From Nitrosopumilus piranensis (GTDB lineage: Archaea > Thermoproteota > Nitrososphaeria > Nitrososphaerales > Nitrosopumilaceae), in contig NZ_CP010868.1 of assembly GCF_000875775.1 (NCBI RefSeq), positions 1,127,707 through 1,159,706 on the forward strand: a stretch of DNA of 32,000 nucleotides, written 5' to 3'. This document shows positions 26,417 to 31,054 of this stretch, piece after piece. The number at the start of each line of letters is the position of its first letter. The first letter of the stretch is position 1. Both the position numbers and the translations under genes were made by a program. The notes under the pieces are model-generated. The model saw only the letters and a list, made by a program, of their open reading frames with translations, was not told where the DNA came from and did not search any database.

Positions 26417-26612
26417 ATGCCTAGGCGTTAAACCCCCCTCTAATTTTACCCTAATTAGGCACAATGTCAATTTTTCAAAAGTAGGCGTTTTGAGGGGGGG
26501 TTGAACACTCGTGCCTAGATATGAAATGCAACCATCAACCCACCAAGATGTCCCAGCTAAACATGTATGATCTTTTTGTGTTGTGCCTAAAAGCTCAACC
26601 CCTCAATTTTGA
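26417..26612. repeat. Three ~28-bp repeat units (TGCCTA-N6-7-AACCCC(C)TC-AAWWW), two direct and one inverted
   Basis: Unit a (+): 26418 TGCCTAGGCGTTAAACCCCCCTCTAATTTT. Unit b (-): 26483-26520, read as ATCTAGGCACGAGTGTTCAACCCCCCCTCAAAACGCCT. Unit c (+): 26584 TGCCTAAAAGCTCAACCCCTCAATTTT. An extra TGCCTA lies on the minus strand at 26455-26460. Units a and b can pair (CTAGGC/GCCTAG plus AACCCCCCTC/GAGGGGGGTT). Confidence 0.7.
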
Positions 26613-26673
26613 CGAAAAATTACCAAAAATTACCAAAAAAATAGACCAAAAAAGACCAATGTGGAAACGTTGA
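26521..26673 (+). CDS. Possible 50-aa protein overlapping repeat unit c and the A-tract repeats
   Basis: Own translation: MKCNHQPTKMSQLNMYDLFVLCLKAQPLNFDEKLPKITKKIDQKRPMWKR*. It may be a chance ORF over repetitive DNA. Confidence 0.2.
   Translation: MKCNHQPTKMSQLNMYDLFVLCLKAQPLNFDEKLPKITKKIDQKRPMWKR
26615..26657 (+). repeat. Phased A-tract tandem repeats
   Basis: AAAAATTACC AAAAATTACC AAAAAAATAGACC AAAAAAGACC. The A-tracts start at 26615, 26625, 26635 and 26648, close to helical phasing. Confidence 0.85.
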
Positions 26674-26749
26674 TCGATATAATTTTCCGCGGTTTTTATC
26701 TCATAAATGGTACCCGCATTATCGAGTTTTGGTCCTGCCCATTTCACTT

Positions 26750-26785
26750 GTGCAATTTTGCACTGGGCCTAAAGCCCTTTTTTTT
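26750..26785 (+). terminator. Two short hairpins followed by T8, terminator-like
   Basis: GTGCA-attt-TGCAC (26750-26763), then GGGC-ctaaa-GCCC (26765-26777), followed by TTTTTTTT (26778-26785). Lies inside the 5' part of track ORF 26661..27317. Confidence 0.35.
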
Positions 26786-26792
26786 CCAAACT

Positions 26793-27317
26793 ATGCAACT
26801 ATATATTCAAAAAAATGATGATTTTTTCGTGGCAGGATTAGGAATAGTCATTGTAATTGGAGCCATAATTGCATCCATGGCAGCTGCAATGTACATGTAT
26901 ACAGAATATCAGACAAATTACATCGAAACTACCACAGGTGATACTGTTACAGTAGGGCCTGTAGAATATGTCATCACATTTGAAGGCACACATGAAGGAA
27001 GTAAAGAAGTACAACCAGAAAACACGTTTGTAATGATTGGAATTACTGCAGAGTATACTGGAGATGAAGAGAAAACACTACTGTCAGGAGGACAATTTTA
27101 CATTGTTGATGAAAAAGAGCAAAAACATGAAGCAGTTTATGGCGAATTTTCATCTAAAGACTTACTTTTAGAATGGTTAGAACCAAACAAGCCAGTAGAA
27201 AAAACGACACAGTTTGATATTCCATTTGATGAAGACAAAACGTACAAAATAATCATAAGACCACAAAAAGAACAGTCAACAGTAGACACAGCTGTTGTTT
27301 GCATAACAAATTGTTGA
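26793..27317 (+). CDS. Membrane-anchored protein with a beta-rich extracytoplasmic domain (DUF4352-like pattern)
   Basis: The track ORF starts at GTG 26661, but that extension crosses the hairpin + T8. ATG 26793 (MQLYIQKNDDFFVAGLGIVIVIGAIIASMAAAMYMY...) is more plausible. In-frame GTG 26829, ~26 nt after ctATATATTc, is another option. The domain pattern is FVMIGITAEYTGDEEKTL..GQFYIVDEKEQKHEAVY...LEPNKPVEKTTQFDIP. C-terminal CITNC. Confidence 0.6.
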   Translation: MQLYIQKNDDFFVAGLGIVIVIGAIIASMAAAMYMYTEYQTNYIETTTGDTVTVGPVEYVITFEGTHEGSKEVQPENTFVMIGITAEYTGDEEKTLLSGGQFYIVDEKEQKHEAVYGEFSSKDLLLEWLEPNKPVEKTTQFDIPFDEDKTYKIIIRPQKEQSTVDTAVVCITNC

Positions 27318-27419
27318 TCGATAATTATCAAAATCAAAAAAAATTGTCAAATTTTTCTATAGTTTGCGTAATATTGTGTGACTTTTACTATATAACACAC
27401 ATGATTTTTGAAAAAAATC

Positions 27420-27791
27420 ATGGCAATATCTAAAGCCAAAAGAGCTGAAGCAGCTAAGAAAGCAGCAAGAACTCGAAAGAGAAATGCAGCTAAGAAAGCA
27501 GCAGAGGCAGCAAAAGCAGCAGCATCTCGTAAGAGAAAAGCTGCAGCAACTCGAAGGAAGAATGCAGCTAAAGCAGCTCCAAAGAGAAGAACTGCAGCTA
27601 AAAGAAAAGCCGCTCCAAAGAGAAGAACTGCAGCTAAAAGAAAAGCAGCTCCAAAGAGAAAGGCAGCAGGAAAACGCAAAGCCGCTCCAAAGAGAAGAAC
27701 TGCAGCTAAAAGAAAAGCAGCTCCAAAGAGAAAGGCAGCAGGAAAACGCAAAGCCGCTCCAAAGAGAAAGGCAGCTAAACGTCGACGTTAA
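27420..27791 (+). CDS. Extremely basic Ala/Lys/Arg/Pro repeat protein (histone H1 C-terminal-tail-like / AlgP-like composition)
   Basis: 123 aa from ATG 27420 (track start TTG 27408): MAISKAKRAEAAKKAARTRKRNAAKK...(AAPKRRTAAKRKAAPKRKAAGKRK)x2...AAPKRKAAKRRR*. By my count it has only two acidic residues and no aromatic residues. The two other long ORFs here (27347..27751 minus strand, 27484..27816 plus strand in another frame) are repeat artefacts. Confidence 0.7.
   Translation: MAISKAKRAEAAKKAARTRKRNAAKKAAEAAKAAASRKRKAAATRRKNAAKAAPKRRTAAKRKAAPKRRTAAKRKAAPKRKAAGKRKAAPKRRTAAKRKAAPKRKAAGKRKAAPKRKAAKRRR
27609..27752 (+). repeat. Perfect 72-bp tandem duplication inside the basic-protein gene
   Basis: GCCGCTCCAAAGAGAAGAACTGCAGCTAAAAGAAAAGCAGCTCCAAAGAGAAAGGCAGCAGGAAAACGCAAA occurs at 27609-27680 and identically at 27681-27752. 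Partial related units flank it on both sides (from ~27585 and to ~27775). Confidence 0.9.
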
Positions 27792-27835
27792 GCTGTCTAT
27801 GCTAACTTTTTTATGAGTTACATTCTTAATTTATC

Positions 27836-27864
27836 ATATTTCTAAACTCGAATTTAGAAATATT
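27836..27864. repeat. Palindrome family copy 4 (29 nt, one mismatch)
   Basis: ATATTTCTAAACTCGAATTTAGAAATATT. Lies between the convergent gene ends at 27791 (+) and 27873 (-). Its left arm equals copy 1 and its right arm equals copies 2 and 3. Confidence 0.9.
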
Positions 27865-27872
27865 GTAAATTG

Positions 27873-28286
27873 TTACTCGGACATTTTTAATTCAGGTAAA
27901 ACAAAAATTCTGTTTGGTTTTATTTTTAGTATAACTCTTTTTTCAGCATCACGTTTGAATGGATAGTGATCACGTCCCATATATTGTTGCGTCAATTTAT
28001 CAGCATGTTTGTAATCATAATCAGGAATCAATTCTTCAACAACACCACGAATTGTTGTCATATCAAGAGGGTTATCTTTTGAGACAACTGAAACTGCAAC
28101 ACGAGGATCACGTAAAACATTTTTGTGTTTTATTCTCCCTTCAGCAGTATTCACCATAACATACCCATCTTCATAATTTGCCCAAACAGGTGAAACCTGT
28201 GGCGAACCATCTTTCATAACAGTTGCAATAAAGACAAGATTTTTTTCAGAAAATAATTTTACAGCTTTTTCATCCATTAATTTCAT
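27873..28286 (-). CDS. Pyridoxamine 5'-phosphate oxidase (PPOX)-fold flavin/deazaflavin-binding family protein
   Basis: LVFIATVMKDGSPQVSPVWANYEDGYVMVNTAEGRIKHKNVLRDPRVAVSV is the typical split-barrel PNPOx-like pattern. The track start is 28343. ATG 28286 (MKLMDEK..., GGAG 4 nt upstream) overlaps the upstream ORF by only 17 nt and is preferred. Confidence 0.75.
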   Translation of the reverse strand: MKLMDEKAVKLFSEKNLVFIATVMKDGSPQVSPVWANYEDGYVMVNTAEGRIKHKNVLRDPRVAVSVVSKDNPLDMTTIRGVVEELIPDYDYKHADKLTQQYMGRDHYPFKRDAEKRVILKIKPNRIFVLPELKMSE

Positions 28287-28590
28287 TTCTCCAGATTGTT
28301 GGAAGTTGTTCAATTTTTGTAATGATTTCAAGTGCTTTTTCATTGTCTTTTTCTTGCATTGCTACTGAAAACTCATATCCAAGTCTGATCGCCTCGGGTG
28401 AAAGATCCTTTATTGATTCTAAATCTTTGCCTTCAAGTTTTATTCTTTCACCAATCGCACACATTTTCCAATTATCAGACATGTCTTGATGCTCCTGACC
28501 AAGTTCTTGCTGAACTTGTTTACGCCAATTAGTCAGAGTCATCTTTTCAATGAGGTCTTCTGTTTTTTGGCTGTAAAATATACGTACCAT
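28270..28590 (-). CDS. Hypothetical protein (106 aa)
   Basis: ATG ORF on the same strand, between the HTH regulator and the PPOX-like gene. Helical, acidic. No family recognised. Confidence 0.5.
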   Translation of the reverse strand: MVRIFYSQKTEDLIEKMTLTNWRKQVQQELGQEHQDMSDNWKMCAIGERIKLEGKDLESIKDLSPEAIRLGYEFSVAMQEKDNEKALEIITKIEQLPTIWRNEING

Positions 28591-28627
28591 ATCAGAATTT
28601 CTTGCACGAAATACTTAGGTTTAACGA

Positions 28628-29131
28628 TTATTTTTTACCAGTATTCTCAAGTACATTCGTCATGGCACGATTCATAATTTCCATTACCAAATATTGAGAA
28701 TATTCTTCAGATTTCTTTCCTTTTGATTTTCCAGTCTTTGGGGTCAATCCTTTTAGGATTTTTTCAATTTTTGTAGATGTGTTATCAATGAGTTTTGAAT
28801 ATTTTAATTCAAAATCTTCAGGGGTTTGAAAATCAAGAAGTTTTGTAGATGTGCTGTAAAATTTGGTTATTGCACCTCGAGATTCTTCAATTTTTACAAT
28901 TTCAATCAGCCCTGATTCTTTTAGAATTTCCAGGTGATGGCGTACAGTGGTTAATGCTTTTTTGAATCCAAATTTTTTGAGCATGGTTGTAATCTGGTCA
29001 GCAGAAAGAGCTTGATGATATAATATCTCAACAATTTTTGCTCTTGCAGGGTCTTCAATTGCTCGAGCATGTTCAATACTTGTCGTGACAATACGATTTA
29101 CTTTAATTGGTTTTTCTAATAACGTAGACAT
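28628..29131 (-). CDS. Winged-helix (ArsR/SmtB-like) transcriptional regulator with a C-terminal extension
   Basis: 167 aa. IEDPARAKIVEILYHQALSADQITTMLKKFGFKKALTTVRHHLEILKESGLIEIVKIEESRGAITKFY is an ArsR-type HTH plus wing pattern. Confidence 0.75.
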   Translation of the reverse strand: MSTLLEKPIKVNRIVTTSIEHARAIEDPARAKIVEILYHQALSADQITTMLKKFGFKKALTTVRHHLEILKESGLIEIVKIEESRGAITKFYSTSTKLLDFQTPEDFELKYSKLIDNTSTKIEKILKGLTPKTGKSKGKKSEEYSQYLVMEIMNRAMTNVLENTGKK

Positions 29132-29243
29132 ACTGAGATTACCTTTAATTCTGATCTAAAAGATCCTTGTATCATATTTTTTTGTCTAATCGCATCAATT
29201 TTTTTTCATTTTCAAAAAAATCATACTATTACTAAATTATGAT

Positions 29244-29332
29244 TACCACTACAAGAATTATTGTATTATAATCACTAAAAATTATACCACTATGATAAAG
29301 ATAGTAGTATAGAAAGAATTATTGTAGTGGTC
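29244..29332. promoter_or_regulatory. Cluster of TACCACTA / TAGTGGT half-sites and a 13-nt direct repeat upstream of the HTH regulator (candidate operators)
   Basis: TACCACTA at 29244 and 29285. The complement is at 29326 (TAGTGGT) and, with one mismatch, at 29303 (TAGTAGTA). AAGAATTATTGTA occurs at 29253 and 29314. All lie 113-200 nt upstream of the regulator start (29131). Confidence 0.3.
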
Positions 29333-29477
29333 TAAGATTTTTTATAAAATACCAAAAAAAGGACAATCAAGAAAATATGTCTAAAAATACCCCCATCAAG
29401 ACAGGATTTTGTTAATTTTCAAAAACACTATTCGAGTTGAAAGTTAACAAACAGTCAACATTGAATCAAAATAACAA

Positions 29478-30302
29478 TTACAGTGATTTACCAGAGAATT
29501 TTTCATATGCAGTAACATAACGTTCTGTCATTTTAGAAATTATATCAGATGGAATTTCAGGAGCCATAGGTTCTTCACCACGGTCACGAGCATCATCAAA
29601 CTGTTTTTGATACCCATTTGTAGTTAGCCAATCACGTAAGAGTTGTTTGTCATATGCTTCTTGGATTTTTCCAACTTCAAAGGAATCCTTTGGCCATAAA
29701 CGATACTCATCAGGACCAATTGAATCACCCAAAATGATTTGGTTATCTAAAATTCCAAATTCTAATTTTAAATCAGCCAAGATAAAACCAACATTATCAG
29801 CAATTTGTGCCATCTTTTTGTAAATATCAATTGAAGTTTTTTCTAACCAGTTGTATTGTTCCTCAGAAACTAGTTTCATTTCAATTGCTTTTGTTTTATC
29901 TATAGGAATATCATGCTCGGATTTAGTGGTAGGATCAAATATTGGTTCAGGCAGTTTTGCAGCTAATGTAGTATCAGTGCCTTCAGGAACTTTGAATTCT
30001 CCTTTTTTCCATCGGTTTACAAGACTACCATAAAAATATCCACGAACTACACATTCCATTGGAAGCATCTGCATTTTTTTGACTATAATTTCAGTGTCAG
30101 ATTCGCGTTTGATGAAATGGTTGGGTACAGGTAATTCATTGAACCAAAATTCAGCAAATTTGCATAAAATCTCCCCTTTTCTAGGAATATCTTGCTTGAA
30201 TTTTACATCATATGCAGATACACGGTCAGAGAATTTGAAGAGCAGTGTATTTTCATCAACATCATAAAGATCCTTTACTTTTCCACTGGTAAGAAATTTC
30301 AA
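29478..30302 (-). CDS. purC: Phosphoribosylaminoimidazole-succinocarboxamide (SAICAR) synthase PurC
   Basis: 274 aa with a TTG start. GKVKDLYDVDENTLLFKFSDRVSAYDV...LADLKLEFG is the canonical PurC pattern. Confidence 0.93.
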   Translation of the reverse strand: MKFLTSGKVKDLYDVDENTLLFKFSDRVSAYDVKFKQDIPRKGEILCKFAEFWFNELPVPNHFIKRESDTEIIVKKMQMLPMECVVRGYFYGSLVNRWKKGEFKVPEGTDTTLAAKLPEPIFDPTTKSEHDIPIDKTKAIEMKLVSEEQYNWLEKTSIDIYKKMAQIADNVGFILADLKLEFGILDNQIILGDSIGPDEYRLWPKDSFEVGKIQEAYDKQLLRDWLTTNGYQKQFDDARDRGEEPMAPEIPSDIISKMTERYVTAYEKFSGKSL

Positions 30303-30345
30303 GTAAAAATACTGAATGTTTACAGAATTTAACTGCTAGCAAATA

Positions 30346-30732
30346 TCATGAACCCATCATACCTACCATTTTAGGCATTTCACGATATGCTTTATTGACA
30401 AATATGTCATTATCAGCACTGATCATCACAAATTTCATTGAATTCTCAGGAGGAGGAGAGACAATAATTTTTTGTCCCACTGCGATAGTTTGAATATCCA
30501 ATGTATCCCCATCACCAAAATTAATGTGAACATTTGTTATTGGCTTGGCACCAATGTTTTGGATTGTCACTCGCCCCATAGTAAACATTCCCTGTTCATC
30601 TAAAAGAGGATCTACAAAAATTTCATAGTCTTGAGTAGATATAGAAAATTTGAAAAAATCTGCCCCAAAAATTACACCAATAGTTGCAATTACTCCTACA
30701 CCAATACAAAGAAGTGCGGTGTACTGCTTCAC
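30346..30732 (-). CDS. Hypothetical N-terminally anchored membrane/secreted protein (128 aa)
   Basis: GTG start. TM or signal-anchor segment TALLCIGVGVIATIGVIFG, then a beta-rich domain. No family recognised. Confidence 0.5.
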   Translation of the reverse strand: MKQYTALLCIGVGVIATIGVIFGADFFKFSISTQDYEIFVDPLLDEQGMFTMGRVTIQNIGAKPITNVHINFGDGDTLDIQTIAVGQKIIVSPPPENSMKFVMISADNDIFVNKAYREMPKMVGMMGS

Positions 30733-30766
30733 AAAAATCTTATAGTATTTCTAATAATTAAATTGG

Positions 30767-31054
30767 TTACTTTACTTCAACGCCATTCCAAAACGCAACC
30801 ATGCCTTTAATTTTCATAGCAGCATCATTAGGTTCAGCATAATACCATGCACAATCTTTGTTTGTCTTTCCATTAACGGTTACAGAATAATAATTGGCCA
30901 TACCTTTCCATCCACAAAAACTAGTCAGGTCAGATTTTTCAAAGTATTCTTTTTTGATAGAATTAATAGGAAAGTAATGATTTCCTTCCACTACAACAGT
31001 ATCATCACTTTCTGCAATAATTTCACCATTCCAAATTGCTTGCATTCTAATCAT
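30767..31054 (-). CDS. DUF427-domain protein
   Basis: 95 aa. VVEGNHYFPINSIKKEYFEKSDLTSFCGWKGMANYYSVTVNGKTNKDCAWYYAEP matches the DUF427 signature (EGN.YFP...V...L..S...T.CP.KG.A.Y........N.AW.Y..P). The ATG overlaps the purF stop (ATGA). Confidence 0.75.
   Translation of the reverse strand: MIRMQAIWNGEIIAESDDTVVVEGNHYFPINSIKKEYFEKSDLTSFCGWKGMANYYSVTVNGKTNKDCAWYYAEPNDAAMKIKGMVAFWNGVEVK

Noticed and set aside
8616-26506. Recurrence of GTTAAC-containing palindromes (8616/8638, 16341-16352 TTGGTTAACCAA, 16366, and the 26427 variant) as a possible shared regulatory motif.
   Set aside because: At this base composition a 6-mer such as GTTAAC is expected roughly ten times by chance in 32 kb. Only the extended GTTAA(A)CCCCC/GGGGGTT(G)AAC similarity between 8614-8645 and 26425-26506 is mentioned, cautiously, inside the findings.
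27585-27775. Tandem direct repeats that might be mistaken for a CRISPR array.
   Set aside because: The repeats are contiguous with no unique spacers. They are in-frame coding sequence of a repeat protein. No cas genes or leader are present.
27778-27789. Perfect 12-nt palindrome AACGTCGACGTT at the 3' end of the basic-protein gene, resembling the CGACGTCG element at 4754.
   Set aside because: It is fully explained as coding sequence for the terminal K-R-R-R codons. The similarity to 4754 covers only ~7 nt, so I consider it coincidental.
27347-27816. Two further long ORFs over the repeat gene: 27347..27751 (-; AAFLLAAVLLFGAA repeats) and 27484..27816 (+; Q/L/K/E repeats).
   Set aside because: These are alternative-frame or antisense readings of the same 72-bp/36-bp repeats. 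Only the 27420..27791 frame has a sensible ATG start context and ends cleanly before palindrome copy 4. The minus-strand ORF would run into the upstream gene region. Frame choice still needs experimental confirmation.
24577-29140. Integrated virus or plasmid at tRNA-Asn.
   Set aside because: There is no integrase or recombinase, no capsid or replication gene, and I could not find a direct repeat of the tRNA 3' end downstream. I kept this only as an 'accessory-looking region' finding, not as a mobile-element call.
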